Assembly (NCBI GenBank): GCA_963662825.2
Contig: CAXXTY010000001.1
Span: 739,884 to 803,883 of the forward strand
Direction of reading: 5' to 3'
From: an uncultured Draconibacterium sp.
GTDB taxonomy: Bacteria > Bacteroidota > Bacteroidia > Bacteroidales > Prolixibacteraceae
DNA length: 64,000 nucleotides
Below, one piece after another: positions 10,758 through 20,895 of the stretch (positions within the stretch are counted from its first letter, which is position 1; every line of letters starts with the position of its first letter). The position numbers and the translations under genes were made by a program. The notes below the pieces were generated by a model. The model ran no database searches, had not been told where the DNA came from, and saw nothing but the letters and a program-made list of their open reading frames with translations.

Positions 10758-11801
10758 ATGAACACCAACGAAAAATACATGAAACGCAGCCTTGAACTCG
10801 CACGGCTCGGTGCAGGCGAAGTATCGCCCAATCCGATGGTGGGTTGTGTGATTGTTCATGAAGGAAAAATTATTGGTGAAGGTTTCCATCGAAAATACGG
10901 CGGTCCACACGCCGAGGTAAATGCAATTCATTCGGTAAAAAACCCGGAATTTTTAAAGGAAAGCACACTTTACGTAACCCTGGAACCCTGTGCACACTAT
11001 GGTTTAACACCGCCCTGTTCCGATTTAATTGTTGAAAAACAAATTCCTAAAGTGGTGATTGGAACGGTTGACCCGTTTGCGGAAGTGGCCGGAAAAGGCA
11101 TCGAAAAAATGAAAAAAACCGGTATTAAAGTGGAAGTGGGTATTTTGCAGGAAGAGTGCCGCGAAATCAACAAACGCTTTTTTACTTTTCATGAAAAAGG
11201 AAGGCCCTATATTTTTTTAAAATGGGCACAAACGCAAGACGGTTTTATAGATAAAGAACGAGTTTCGGAAGATTTTGGCGAACCCACCTGGATTACCGGA
11301 GATTTGGCGCTGCGGCTGGTACACAAAATCCGTTCGGAGGAAGATGCCATTCTGGTAGGAAGAAAAACTGCGGAAAAAGACAATCCTTCGCTGACAGTCC
11401 GCCACTGGACCGGAAAAAATCCCACTCGGCTGGTTATCGACAACGGGTTGCAATTGAACAACGATCTAAACCTTTTCAATGGTTCAGCTAAAACTCTTGT
11501 TTTTAATTCATTAAAATCAGAAAACCTGGAAAATCTTCTTTTCATAAAAACCGACAATAAAAAAAACACCCTGTCTCAGATTCTCGAAGAAATGCACAAA
11601 CAACGCATATTATCGGTAATTGTGGAAGGAGGGAAACAACTGCTGGAAAGTTTTATTGAACAAAATCTCTGGGATGAAGCCCATGTTTTTACCGGCCCTA
11701 AATTTTTTGGCACTGGAATTCAGGCACCCAAAATTAGTGGGAACCTTGTTTCAACCGAAAAACTCGACAACGACACACTGTTTGTTTTTAAACCTCTTTA
11801 A
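10758..11801 (+). CDS. ribD: Bifunctional diaminohydroxyphosphoribosylaminopyrimidine deaminase / 5-amino-6-(5-phosphoribosylamino)uracil reductase
   Basis: Cytidine-deaminase zinc motifs HAEVNA and LEPCAHYGLTPPC, plus a RibD C-terminal reductase domain. Start trimmed to MNTNEKYMKRSLELA. Confidence 0.9.
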   Translation: MNTNEKYMKRSLELARLGAGEVSPNPMVGCVIVHEGKIIGEGFHRKYGGPHAEVNAIHSVKNPEFLKESTLYVTLEPCAHYGLTPPCSDLIVEKQIPKVVIGTVDPFAEVAGKGIEKMKKTGIKVEVGILQEECREINKRFFTFHEKGRPYIFLKWAQTQDGFIDKERVSEDFGEPTWITGDLALRLVHKIRSEEDAILVGRKTAEKDNPSLTVRHWTGKNPTRLVIDNGLQLNNDLNLFNGSAKTLVFNSLKSENLENLLFIKTDNKKNTLSQILEEMHKQRILSVIVEGGKQLLESFIEQNLWDEAHVFTGPKFFGTGIQAPKISGNLVSTEKLDNDTLFVFKPL

Positions 11802-12217
11802 TGTTTAACCGAATTGGGACCGTTCGACATGATTTCAATTTTTAACACATTTTCAACGTACTGAAAATAGCTAAACAATTTGTGGTTCATTTCAAAACCA
11901 TAATTAACCGTAGGTTCGTACCCGATAACCGGCTCAAAAAACCAACTTTTCCGCGGGTTCATTGCGTTTAAATTCCAGGCATTTATATATTGCTGGTTCC
12001 ACATTTCGTAGTACTGTTGCGAACGGTACAAAGCCGGGTTATCGTTCATTTTGTACCACGATTCGAACCTTGCGTCAAAAGTTTCAACATCATATTCCAC
12101 ACTGTCTTCGGCCACTTTTTCAACGGTTATACTCTGATGTTTGTTAATGGCACTTTTTTGCGTTGAACACGCGGCAACTAAAAACACAATTCCCAGAACA
12201 AAAACATATGGTTTCAT
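11798..12217 (-). CDS. Hypothetical lipoprotein
   Basis: 139 aa with a lipoprotein signal MKPYVFVLGIVFLVAAC. No function recognised. Confidence 0.55.
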   Translation of the reverse strand: MKPYVFVLGIVFLVAACSTQKSAINKHQSITVEKVAEDSVEYDVETFDARFESWYKMNDNPALYRSQQYYEMWNQQYINAWNLNAMNPRKSWFFEPVIGYEPTVNYGFEMNHKLFSYFQYVENVLKIEIMSNGPNSVKH

Positions 12218-12323
12218 ACCCGATCCTTTTATTAATGCACTAATTTTTCGTACGAATTCAACAACAAAATGGTTTTTTCATTCTAAATTTAAGAAATTTT
12301 ATCACACAATTTTTTATTTCAGA

Positions 12324-13775
12324 ATGATTGAATGGAGAATAGTTTGGGAAATTTTTTCACTGATTTTTTTGCTTACTGCAATTCCGGTGAGTATCATGAT
12401 TATTCTTGAAAAACGTTCGCCGTACAAAACGGCTGCGTGGATTCTGGTGCTAATTCTGGTTCCTGTTTTTGGTGTTATATTTTACCTGATTTTTGGGCAG
12501 GAATACAGAAAACGCAAACTTTTTTCGCGTTCAGGAATAAAAAGCCTCGGTAAAATCAGAAATCTTTCGAACAAACAATTGCGTGAAATCGGGCAAAAAC
12601 ACAAAAATCTGAGCAAGGTAATCCAGGAAAAGGAAAACATTGTTCGTTTGTTGCTGAACAATTCAAATTCGCTGCTTACCACAGGCAACGAGGTTAAAAT
12701 TCTGGAAGGTGGTGTAACTACTTTTGAAGCCATTTTCGAGGCCATTCAAAATGCAAAACATCACATTCATTTGGAATATTACATTTTTTCTGACGACAAA
12801 ATCGGTAACCGGCTGAAAGATTTACTCATTCAAAAAAGCAGCGAGGGTGTTGAGGTTCGTATAATTATCGACGATGTTGGAAGTTGGGGATTAAAGAAAA
12901 AGTTTATCAATCGTTTGAAAGAAAACGGTATAGAGATTTATCCGTTTATGGAAGTTCGTTTTCCGCGACTGACTTCGCAGGTGAATTTCAGAAACCACCG
13001 AAAAATTCTGATTGTAGATGGGATTGTTGGTTTTACCGGCGGAATAAACATTGCCGATCGTTATCTGGAAGGTATCAAAAAAATTGGCCCCTGGCGCGAT
13101 TTGCACATTCAAATTACCGGCGATGCTGTGGCTTGTTTGCAGGTTGTTTTTGCCGCCGACTGGTTTTTTTGCATCAACGAAAATCTAAGTGGCAGGAAAT
13201 ATTTTCCCGCATTTTCCGAAAAACCCGGCAAAGCCATCCAGGTTTCGGCCAGCGGCCCCGACTCCGACTGGGAAAGTATTGCTCAGGCCTTTTTCGCCGC
13301 CATCGCCAACGCTCGCAAAAAAGTGTACATTGTAACACCCTACCTCATGCCGCCGCCCAATATTTTATCGGCTTTAAAAACCGTTGCACTCAGCAACATC
13401 GATGTAAGAATTATTATTCCCCGGAAATCGGACGCGGTAATTCCGCGCTGGAGTTCGTTTTCGTATGTTGGCGAATTGCTCGAAGCCGGTGTGAAAATGT
13501 ATTTTTATGAAGCCGGTTTTATTCACAGCAAATACCTTATTGTGGATGATACTTTTGCAACTGTTGGCACTACTAATCTCGATTTCAGAAGTCTGGAAAC
13601 CAATTTTGAAGTAAACGCCTTTATTTACGACAAAGATTTTGCAACCCAACTGGAAAGAGTATTTATTACCGACCTCGAAAACAGCCGCGAAATACATTTG
13701 GATAAGTGGGAAAAACGAGCATGGCACAAAAAACTCCGCGAATCGGTCGCACACATTGTTAGTCCGATGTTGTAA
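12324..13775 (+). CDS. cls: Cardiolipin synthase
   Basis: Two HKD phospholipase D motifs (NHRKILIVDG and IHSKYLIVDD) after N-terminal TM helices. Start trimmed to MIEWRIVWEIF at 12324. Confidence 0.9.
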   Translation: MIEWRIVWEIFSLIFLLTAIPVSIMIILEKRSPYKTAAWILVLILVPVFGVIFYLIFGQEYRKRKLFSRSGIKSLGKIRNLSNKQLREIGQKHKNLSKVIQEKENIVRLLLNNSNSLLTTGNEVKILEGGVTTFEAIFEAIQNAKHHIHLEYYIFSDDKIGNRLKDLLIQKSSEGVEVRIIIDDVGSWGLKKKFINRLKENGIEIYPFMEVRFPRLTSQVNFRNHRKILIVDGIVGFTGGINIADRYLEGIKKIGPWRDLHIQITGDAVACLQVVFAADWFFCINENLSGRKYFPAFSEKPGKAIQVSASGPDSDWESIAQAFFAAIANARKKVYIVTPYLMPPPNILSALKTVALSNIDVRIIIPRKSDAVIPRWSSFSYVGELLEAGVKMYFYEAGFIHSKYLIVDDTFATVGTTNLDFRSLETNFEVNAFIYDKDFATQLERVFITDLENSREIHLDKWEKRAWHKKLRESVAHIVSPML

Positions 13776-13781
13776 GAATTT

Positions 13782-14726
13782 TCAAAACGGTAACCTGCCC
13801 AAATCCAGATTTCCGCCGGAAAGAATAATACCGACTTTTTTATTTTGAATATCGACTTTTCTTTCAAGAATGGCGGCCAACGGAACTGCAGATGATGGTT
13901 CAATAATAATTTTCATTCGCTCCCAAATCATGCGCATGGCTTCCACAATTCTTTCTTCAGAAACGGTAACTATATCATCTACTTTATCCATAATAATTGT
14001 AAAATTCCGTTCTCCCAGCGAAGTTAAAAGTCCATCGGCTATGGTTTTTGGCTGAACCGACGGGATAATTTTATTTGCATGGAACGAACGAAAAGCATCG
14101 TCGGCGCCTGCAGGTTCGGCTGCAATTACTTTGCAACCCGGCAATAAATATTTGGTTGAAATGGCTGTTCCGCTCAACAATCCGCCACCGCCAACCGGAG
14201 CCATAACAATATCAAATTCACCAAAATCCTCTATCATTTCTTTGGCTGCAGTTCCCTGTCCGGCAATAACATGAAAATTATTGTACGGATGAACTTCGGT
14301 TGCTCCTGTTTCTTCAATTACTTTTGCCAGGGTACTTTCGCGCGCCTGCAAAGTGGGTTCACAAAAGGTAATTTTTGCACCGTAACCCGCCACTGCTTTC
14401 TTTTTTATCTCCGGAGAATTATCGGGCATTACAATGTGTGCTGCCACTCCCCGCATTTTTGCTGCCAGTGCCAATGCTGCAGCATGATTTCCGGAAGAAT
14501 GCGTTGCCACACCCTTTCGAGCGTCTTCTTCAGAAAGAGAAAATACTGCGTTACATGCCCCGCGAAATTTAAAAGCTCCTACCTTTTGCAGGTTTTCGCA
14601 TTTAAAAAACAAACTGCCTCCCACTATTTTATTGATGCTCGACGATGTTAAAACCGGCGTGTGGTGCGCATATTTCCGCACTATTTCGTGTGCTTTTTCA
14701 ATATCGGAAAAAACAGGAATATTCAT
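13782..14726 (-). CDS. PLP-dependent serine/threonine dehydratase (serine racemase-like, fold type II)
   Basis: 314 aa. PLP lysine context KCENLQKVGAFKFRGA and glycine loop GGGGLLSG. Confidence 0.85.
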   Translation of the reverse strand: MNIPVFSDIEKAHEIVRKYAHHTPVLTSSSINKIVGGSLFFKCENLQKVGAFKFRGACNAVFSLSEEDARKGVATHSSGNHAAALALAAKMRGVAAHIVMPDNSPEIKKKAVAGYGAKITFCEPTLQARESTLAKVIEETGATEVHPYNNFHVIAGQGTAAKEMIEDFGEFDIVMAPVGGGGLLSGTAISTKYLLPGCKVIAAEPAGADDAFRSFHANKIIPSVQPKTIADGLLTSLGERNFTIIMDKVDDIVTVSEERIVEAMRMIWERMKIIIEPSSAVPLAAILERKVDIQNKKVGIILSGGNLDLGRLPF

Positions 14727-14727
14727 T

Positions 14728-15432
14728 TTACTCTTTTTTTGAAAAGGTTTGATTCAGTAAATCGTAATTGGTATTATAAATCGACTGGTCGGAAAGTGTT
14801 TTTATTCTTTTCAATGCCGATAGGTAAAGAAAAACCACAAAGCCAATCCAGAAAATCAACAGCCAGTCGTAGCCGGTCATCAAAATAAAATCGTAAATGC
14901 CATGCAAGAGAATGGGCATTCCAATGGCCTTTTTCAACAGTTGTTTTTTTTGTTTGACATAAAACCGCGCCTGCCCGGCATAAAATCCCATGGTAATTCC
15001 AAAAACTGCGTGTGCCGGAACTGCAGTCAGTGCCCGCGAAATTCCGGTGGAATAACCAAACTCCATTACATACATCACATTTTCAACACCGGCAAAACCA
15101 AGCGAAATAAAAGTGGCGTAAACAATTCCGTCGAATTTTTCATTAAAAATGTTGGTTCGCCAGAAAAGCAGAAAAAGCGACAGAAATTTAAACGATTCTT
15201 CGGTGAAAGCCGCCACAACAAAACCGTGGTAAGCAGCATTCAGAATTCCTGGAAAATATGGTAAAAACACAGATAAAAACTGCTCGACAAAAATTACCGG
15301 AATAACAATAATTGCTCCTGTCAGCAAAGCTTTCCAAAGCAATTTCAGAGGTTCTTTTTCATATTTGTCGCGGTAGTAAATGTAGCCGGCAATAATAAAA
15401 ACCGGTGCAAGAGAAAGAATGAGCAGGTCCAT
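14728..15432 (-). CDS. PrsW-family intramembrane glutamic/metalloprotease
   Basis: 234-aa polytopic protein with the EExxK-like motif FTEESFKF and HAVFG / HGIYD motifs typical of PrsW. Confidence 0.7.
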   Translation of the reverse strand: MDLLILSLAPVFIIAGYIYYRDKYEKEPLKLLWKALLTGAIIVIPVIFVEQFLSVFLPYFPGILNAAYHGFVVAAFTEESFKFLSLFLLFWRTNIFNEKFDGIVYATFISLGFAGVENVMYVMEFGYSTGISRALTAVPAHAVFGITMGFYAGQARFYVKQKKQLLKKAIGMPILLHGIYDFILMTGYDWLLIFWIGFVVFLYLSALKRIKTLSDQSIYNTNYDLLNQTFSKKE

Positions 15433-15441
15433 ATTAAACGT

Positions 15442-16386
15442 TTAAAATTCGGCTTTGAAAAAATAAGCATTCACACCCTTTACACCGGGAACGGTTTTAA
15501 AAACGCTTCCGGCATTGGGAAATTTAGCCAGCTCTTCGTCGGTTGTTGCCTGCCGGGCAGTTGTAATATAAAGCGTTCCCAAATCGTCGTCACCAAAAGC
15601 GCAGGAAGTTACATTTTTTGCCGGCACCTCTATTTTTTGCAACAATTCGCCGGTTTCAGGATTCCAGCACCCCACAGCCGAACCGCCCCAAAGCGCCACC
15701 CACAAATTTCCGTCAGCATCAATGGTCATTCCGTCGGGAGAACCAATTTCAGCAGGAACGTCAACTGCAACTTTTGGATTACTGATTTCTCCGGTAGAAT
15801 TGTCGTAATCGTAGGCCATTATTTTTTGCGTCGGAGTGTCGATATAATACATTTTTTTGAAATCGTGCGACCACACAATTCCGTTGGAAATACTAACGTT
15901 TTCAATCATTTTATGAATCGTTGAATCCGTGTCGAGACGATAAAGTGCTGCTACGCCTTTTTCATTGTTCAAACTTAGTGTTCCTGCCCAGAAACGGCCG
16001 ACAGGGTCGCATTTGCCGTCGTTAAAACGGTTGGTTGGAATATCTTCTTCCGGGTCGACGATTAACCTTTTAGTGCCGGTTACGGGATCAAGTTCATAAA
16101 TACCGTTTTGAAGCGCCACCAGAACCATCCCCGACTCAGCCGGAACCACGGTTCCAATCATTTGCCCGGTAAACATTTCCTTGTTGTTACCGGTTCTCGG
16201 CGTATAAATATTCAGTATTTTCCCGGTAATATTAATCCAGTATAATTCTCCGGTTTTGTAATTCCAGATGGCACCTTCACCCAAATCCGATTTTGAGTCG
16301 ATGACAAGTTCCACATTTTCTGATTTTTGAGTAGAACATGCAACAGTCAGAAAAACTGCCGCAAACAAAACCGATAACTTTTTCAT
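15442..16386 (-). CDS. SMP-30/gluconolactonase/LRE-family lipoprotein
   Basis: 314 aa. Lipobox LTVACS, six-bladed-propeller-like repeats, and GEGAIW, NDGKCDPVGRFW and PDGMTIDADGNLWVA motifs. Confidence 0.85.
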   Translation of the reverse strand: MKKLSVLFAAVFLTVACSTQKSENVELVIDSKSDLGEGAIWNYKTGELYWINITGKILNIYTPRTGNNKEMFTGQMIGTVVPAESGMVLVALQNGIYELDPVTGTKRLIVDPEEDIPTNRFNDGKCDPVGRFWAGTLSLNNEKGVAALYRLDTDSTIHKMIENVSISNGIVWSHDFKKMYYIDTPTQKIMAYDYDNSTGEISNPKVAVDVPAEIGSPDGMTIDADGNLWVALWGGSAVGCWNPETGELLQKIEVPAKNVTSCAFGDDDLGTLYITTARQATTDEELAKFPNAGSVFKTVPGVKGVNAYFFKAEF

Positions 16387-16442
16387 TATCTATTTGAATT
16401 TAATTTTATCGTTTTATGTCTTTCTGATTTCAGATTTTTTAC

Positions 16443-16481
16443 CACAAAGTGTCTCAAAGGTTTTCACAAAGTAACGCAAAG
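16443..16481. repeat. Array of four CAAAG-core boxes (CACAAAG, CTCAAAG, CACAAAG, CGCAAAG) spaced about one helical turn apart
   Basis: Read directly: accACAAAGtgtCTCAAAGgttttCACAAAGtaaCGCAAAG in the intergenic gap between 16386 and 16597. Confidence 0.6.
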
Positions 16482-16530
16482 ATTAATTGAGAAATTTTCC
16501 AATGACAATTGACAAATGACTAATTTCCTG

Positions 16531-16590
16531 CCCACTGCAACTGACCACTTTCTTCCAACTTCCAACTTCCAACTTCAGGCTTCCAACTAT
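16531..16590. repeat. Low-complexity intergenic repeat: a CCCACTGCAACTGACCACTTTCTTCC unit followed by (CCAACTT)n
   Basis: The unit closely resembles two units at 58263-58294 and 58303-58334. The tandem CCAACTT heptamers are visible at 16554-16590. Confidence 0.6.
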
Positions 16591-16596
16591 CTATTT

Positions 16597-17409
16597 TCAA
16601 ATACTTTCAATCAATCTTTTCAAAATGAAAGTCATGTTTGGTTCAGCTTTCATGGCAACCTCCTGAACTTCTTCGTGCGAAATTTCAACAATTTCACCGG
16701 GCACACCGCTGTCGGTAATTATAGAAATTCCAAATACTTTCATATCCATATGGCGGGCAACAATTACTTCGGGCACGGTTGACATTCCTACCATGTCGCC
16801 ACCCAGAATGCGGAACATTTTATATTCTGAAGGCGTTTCAAAAGTTGGCCCCGAAACTCCTACGTATACTCCTTCTTTCAGATTAATCCCATGTTCCAGG
16901 GCAATAAGTTTGGCCCGGTTACTCAATCTTTTTTCGTAGGTTTTGCTCATGTCGGGGAAACGCGGACCGAGTTCATTTTCATTTTTCCCGCGTAACGGAT
17001 GTTCCGGAAAAAAGTTAATATGGTCGTTGATTAAAACAATGTCGCCCACTTTGTAACCGGGGTTTAATCCGCCGCTGGCATTGGAAACAAACAAATGTGT
17101 TACACCCAGAAATTTGAAAACACGAACCGGAAAAGTTACTTCCTTCATCGAATAACCTTCGTAATAATGAAAACGTCCCTGCATAGCCAGCACTTCTTTT
17201 TCGCCCAATTTGCCATAAAGTAACCTGCCGTTGTGGCCTTCTACCGTTGAAACCGGAAAATTTGGAATCTCCTTGTAGGGAATCGATTCAATAATTTCTA
17301 TTTCGTTGGCCAGGCCGCCGAGACCAGTGCCTAAAATTATCCCGAATTCAGGACTTGCTTTGATTCTTTCTTTGATGTAGTTCGCGGTTGCTTTTATTTT
17401 CTCCAACAT
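16597..17409 (-). CDS. Purine nucleoside phosphorylase (trimeric PNP/PunA type)
   Basis: 270 aa. Motifs GIILGTGLGG, GRFHYYEGY and VGMSTVPE. Confidence 0.9.
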   Translation of the reverse strand: MLEKIKATANYIKERIKASPEFGIILGTGLGGLANEIEIIESIPYKEIPNFPVSTVEGHNGRLLYGKLGEKEVLAMQGRFHYYEGYSMKEVTFPVRVFKFLGVTHLFVSNASGGLNPGYKVGDIVLINDHINFFPEHPLRGKNENELGPRFPDMSKTYEKRLSNRAKLIALEHGINLKEGVYVGVSGPTFETPSEYKMFRILGGDMVGMSTVPEVIVARHMDMKVFGISIITDSGVPGEIVEISHEEVQEVAMKAEPNMTFILKRLIESI

Positions 17410-18454
17410 AACCTAAAATCTTTTTGTTGAACAACTTCCCTTCCTCGTCGAGAAACCTGATTTTTACCGGAAGGTAATACAATGCATCTTTAAATTCCAC
17501 GGTTAAATAGCCGAGGTCTTTAAAATGCATAGCATCTTTTTCGGTTGTTACAATTATTTTCTTTTCTGAATTAATTTCTTCAAACTTACAAAATATCGCC
17601 CGAATATCAGCTTCGGAATAATGATGATGATCTGGGAATTTCATCGTTTCCATTTTCTGAGTGAATCCTTCCATGTAATTGTAAATCAAAAACGGTGAAG
17701 CAATTCCGGTAACCACCAAAATTGCAAATTCCTTTTTACTGAAAAAATCGGAAGGCAGTTCTTTTCCATCAAATACGGGTAGAATTTTATCGTAAACCAA
17801 TGTGGTAAAAAACAGTTCCTGGTAAGGTTTTAACCGTACTTCCTTTTGCATAATCCTCCGCATTATTGGCGTAATTTCCCCGGGGCATTTGGTGAAAATA
17901 ATCATATTGGCGCGGCGCATTTGGTAACTGCCTTCGCGCAGACGGCCTGCCGGAAGCAAAAAATCGTCTTTTACCGGGCGGTTGTAATCGATAAGTAAAA
18001 TATTAATTCCCGGTGAAATACGGCGGTGTTGAAAAGCATCGTCAAGGATTACCACATCGGGAGATTTTACTTCTTCTGAATCCAGAATTTTTTTCACACC
18101 GGTAACCCTGTTTTCGCAAACGGCCACTGTTATTTCAGGAAATTTCTTTTTGATTTGCAGCGGTTCGTCGCCTACCGAAGAAACAGGCGAACCGGGTTGC
18201 ACTTCGAGAAAACCCTGCGTTGTACGTTTGTATCCGCGGCTTAAAGTGGCCACACGAAACTGCTCTTTCAACAAATTAACCAAATATTCCACATGCGGCG
18301 TTTTACCCGTTCCGCCTACCGTAATGTTCCCTATAGAAATTACAGGAACATCGAATTCCTTCGATTTCAGAATGTGCAAATCGTAAAGCCGGTTGCGAAA
18401 ATAAACAACAATTCCGTACAGTAAAGAAAACGGGTAAAGCAAATATTTGATCAT
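17348..18454 (-). CDS. lpxK: Tetraacyldisaccharide 4'-kinase
   Basis: 368 aa with the P-loop GNITVGGTGKTP typical of LpxK. The 3' end overlaps the PNP start by 62 nt. Confidence 0.85.
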   Translation of the reverse strand: MIKYLLYPFSLLYGIVVYFRNRLYDLHILKSKEFDVPVISIGNITVGGTGKTPHVEYLVNLLKEQFRVATLSRGYKRTTQGFLEVQPGSPVSSVGDEPLQIKKKFPEITVAVCENRVTGVKKILDSEEVKSPDVVILDDAFQHRRISPGINILLIDYNRPVKDDFLLPAGRLREGSYQMRRANMIIFTKCPGEITPIMRRIMQKEVRLKPYQELFFTTLVYDKILPVFDGKELPSDFFSKKEFAILVVTGIASPFLIYNYMEGFTQKMETMKFPDHHHYSEADIRAIFCKFEEINSEKKIIVTTEKDAMHFKDLGYLTVEFKDALYYLPVKIRFLDEEGKLFNKKILGYVGENKSNRELHQRKNQSKS

Positions 18455-18481
18455 ATATTTCGATTAATGAACGACTAAAAT

Positions 18482-18516
18482 AATAAAAAAGGATGCACCC
18501 ATTTAAGAACGCATCC
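18482..18516 (-). terminator. Rho-independent terminator after sppA
   Basis: On the minus strand, AGGATGC / GCATCCT stem followed by a T run. Confidence 0.6.
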
Positions 18517-18540
18517 TTTCTTCCTTTGTTTTATATGAAA

Positions 18541-20319
18541 TTAATTCACATAAATATCGTAAGGCATTCGGGCAAAGATTCCGGTGTAGCCGGTTGCCTT
18601 TTTGAAATATTCGTAGTACCGGTATTTATCACCCAGTTCATTTTTCAGGATTTTACCGCGCAAGTTGTCGGTACCTGTTTGGAAAAGTTGCTGAAACGGG
18701 TCGGCCAGTTCGGGCAACGAAACGGTGCGGTAATCTTCCACTCCGGCAATTTCAGCAGCCAGATTAATGGCATCCTGCAAACCGCCAAATTCGTCAATTA
18801 AACCGATTTCCATTGCATTTTCGCCGCTCCACACGCGACCTTGTCCAATAGAATCGACTGCTTCCTTTGTCATGTGACGCCCTTCGGCAACATGCGAAAG
18901 AAATGTATCGTAACCTTTTACAATATAATTTTGCATCAATTCTTTTTCATAACCGGTCATTGGCCGGGTAAGCGTTAACAAATCAGAATTTTGGTTGGTT
19001 TTAACCACGTCGGTAGTAATTCCCAGTTTGTCGTTCAGCAGTTCACCAAAATTAGGAATTGTACCGAAAATACCGATGGACCCTGTGATAGTGTTGGGTT
19101 GGGCTACAATTTTATCGGCAGCGCACGAAATGTAGTAACCGCCAGAAGCAGCCACATCGCCAAACGAAACCACCACTGTTTTTTCTTCGGCAGCCAGTTT
19201 TACTTCGCGCCAGATTACTTCAGAATCAAACACAGCTCCACCCGGTGAATTTACACGCAAAACAATGGCTTTGTATGTACTGTCCTGGCGAACTTTCCGA
19301 ATTTCGCGCCCCAGTTCATCACCAATAATTGTTTCACTTCCCATGGCAACGCCAATGTCGCCGCTGGCATAAACAACTGCTATTTTATTGCGGCTGAATT
19401 TTTCGGAATAACCTTTCACTTCAACATCGGCATAATCATTAGCTCCAATTACCGGTACTCCTTTTTTCTCTGAAATTCCGGTAATTTCACGCAAATCATC
19501 AACAACTTCATCTTTGTATTTGGCATGGTCAACCAAACCGGCGTCCACCATATCACTGCCTTGTCTGAAAGTCTGCACCTCGTCGGCCAAAGTATTTAAA
19601 TCATCGACTGAAATATTTCTGGTTTCTGAAATTCCCTTTAACATTTGGTTCCACAAACTCGACATATAAACCAACTGCTGTTCGCGGTTTGCTTCACTCA
19701 TTTTATCGAGCATATACGGTTCAACAGCCGATTTAAATTTGTTGTTTGGCCCCCGAACTACCTGAATTTCAACTCCCACTTTTTCGAGCAGATTTTTATA
19801 AAACATCATTTCACCTCCCAGTCCGCGAAAATCAACAGCTCCCATCGGATGAATCACAATATCGTCGGCAACAGTAGCCACGTAGTACGATTTCTGGTCG
19901 TAGCTATCGCCGTAAGCATACACCGGTTTATCGCACTTTTTCTTGAATTCGAGCAACATGTTCCTGATTTCTTCTGCCGAAGCCATTCCTCCGCCAAAAG
20001 CCGAAACTTTCAGGTAAACACCTTTTATACGGTCGTCGTAAACTGCTTTATCGAGCGCTTTTTTAATGTCATCGAGACCAATGGTTTTTGCTGTTTGAAA
20101 ACCCGGAATTTCCAAATCTTCAAACGGATCGTTGGGGGCGCGATCAACTACCTGGCGGCCAAGGTCGAGCACCAGCATCGAATTATTATCAACAACAACC
20201 TGCTTTTCAGCCGATGAAACCAACGCTCCAATTACGGCAAACATTAGAAAAAAACCGATTACTGAAATAGCAAAAATACCTACAACAGTAGCCAGTACAT
20301 ACTTAAAAAATTCCTTCAT
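18541..20319 (-). CDS. sppA: Signal peptide peptidase SppA, 67K type
   Basis: 592 aa. N-terminal TM helix and two ClpP-fold S49 repeats (GDVAASGGYY region). Confidence 0.9.
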   Translation of the reverse strand: MKEFFKYVLATVVGIFAISVIGFFLMFAVIGALVSSAEKQVVVDNNSMLVLDLGRQVVDRAPNDPFEDLEIPGFQTAKTIGLDDIKKALDKAVYDDRIKGVYLKVSAFGGGMASAEEIRNMLLEFKKKCDKPVYAYGDSYDQKSYYVATVADDIVIHPMGAVDFRGLGGEMMFYKNLLEKVGVEIQVVRGPNNKFKSAVEPYMLDKMSEANREQQLVYMSSLWNQMLKGISETRNISVDDLNTLADEVQTFRQGSDMVDAGLVDHAKYKDEVVDDLREITGISEKKGVPVIGANDYADVEVKGYSEKFSRNKIAVVYASGDIGVAMGSETIIGDELGREIRKVRQDSTYKAIVLRVNSPGGAVFDSEVIWREVKLAAEEKTVVVSFGDVAASGGYYISCAADKIVAQPNTITGSIGIFGTIPNFGELLNDKLGITTDVVKTNQNSDLLTLTRPMTGYEKELMQNYIVKGYDTFLSHVAEGRHMTKEAVDSIGQGRVWSGENAMEIGLIDEFGGLQDAINLAAEIAGVEDYRTVSLPELADPFQQLFQTGTDNLRGKILKNELGDKYRYYEYFKKATGYTGIFARMPYDIYVN

Positions 20320-20404
20320 ATTCTTATTATTATTGTGTTTTCGCTAACTTTAATTTTTAAAATAAGTACAACATTCATTCGCATAGTTACAAATATACAA
20401 TTCA

Positions 20405-20893
20405 ATGCACAAGGTTTTTTTAGGAATAGGAGGAAATTTGGGAAATAAAAAGGAAAATTTCATACGCTGTGAAAAGCTGATTGAGAACCGTGTGGGAAAA
20501 ATCACTTCACATTCGTCGGTTTTTGAAACGCCGCCGTGGGGTTTTCAGTCTGAAAATAATTTCTGGAATTGTGTGGTTTGCCTTGAAACCGAAATGCCGC
20601 CGGAAGAACTGTTGTACGAAATTCAGCAAATTGAAAATGAATTTGGCCGTGAACGCAAATCTACCGGTTATGTTTCGCGAGAAATGGATATCGACATTTT
20701 ATATTTCGACGATTTATTTCTGGAAAATAATACGCTGATAATTCCTCATCCGCGCATTCACCAGCGTTTGTTTGTTTTGGTTCCGCTTGCCGAAATTGCG
20801 CCCGAATTTAAACATCCGCTACTCAGGCAAACCAGTTTACAAATGCTTGAAAATTGCAAAGACACCTCGGTAATTACAAAGGTGAATTTTTGA
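20405..20893 (+). CDS. folK: 2-amino-4-hydroxy-6-hydroxymethyldihydropteridine diphosphokinase
   Basis: 162 aa. Motifs LGIGGNLGN, ETPPWG, DIDILYFD and PHPRIHQR. Confidence 0.9.
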   Translation: MHKVFLGIGGNLGNKKENFIRCEKLIENRVGKITSHSSVFETPPWGFQSENNFWNCVVCLETEMPPEELLYEIQQIENEFGRERKSTGYVSREMDIDILYFDDLFLENNTLIIPHPRIHQRLFVLVPLAEIAPEFKHPLLRQTSLQMLENCKDTSVITKVNF

Positions 20894-20895
20894 AT

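Noticed and set aside
16554-16590. CRISPR array or other spaced-repeat locus
   Set aside because: Only short tandem heptamers occur here and nowhere in the window is there a repeat-spacer periodicity of about 30 nt.
16516-16782. 88-aa plus-strand ORF (MTNFLPTATDHFLPTSNFQLQ...)
   Set aside because: The N-terminal half merely translates the CCAACTT / CACTGC repeats. The rest is antisense to the PNP gene.
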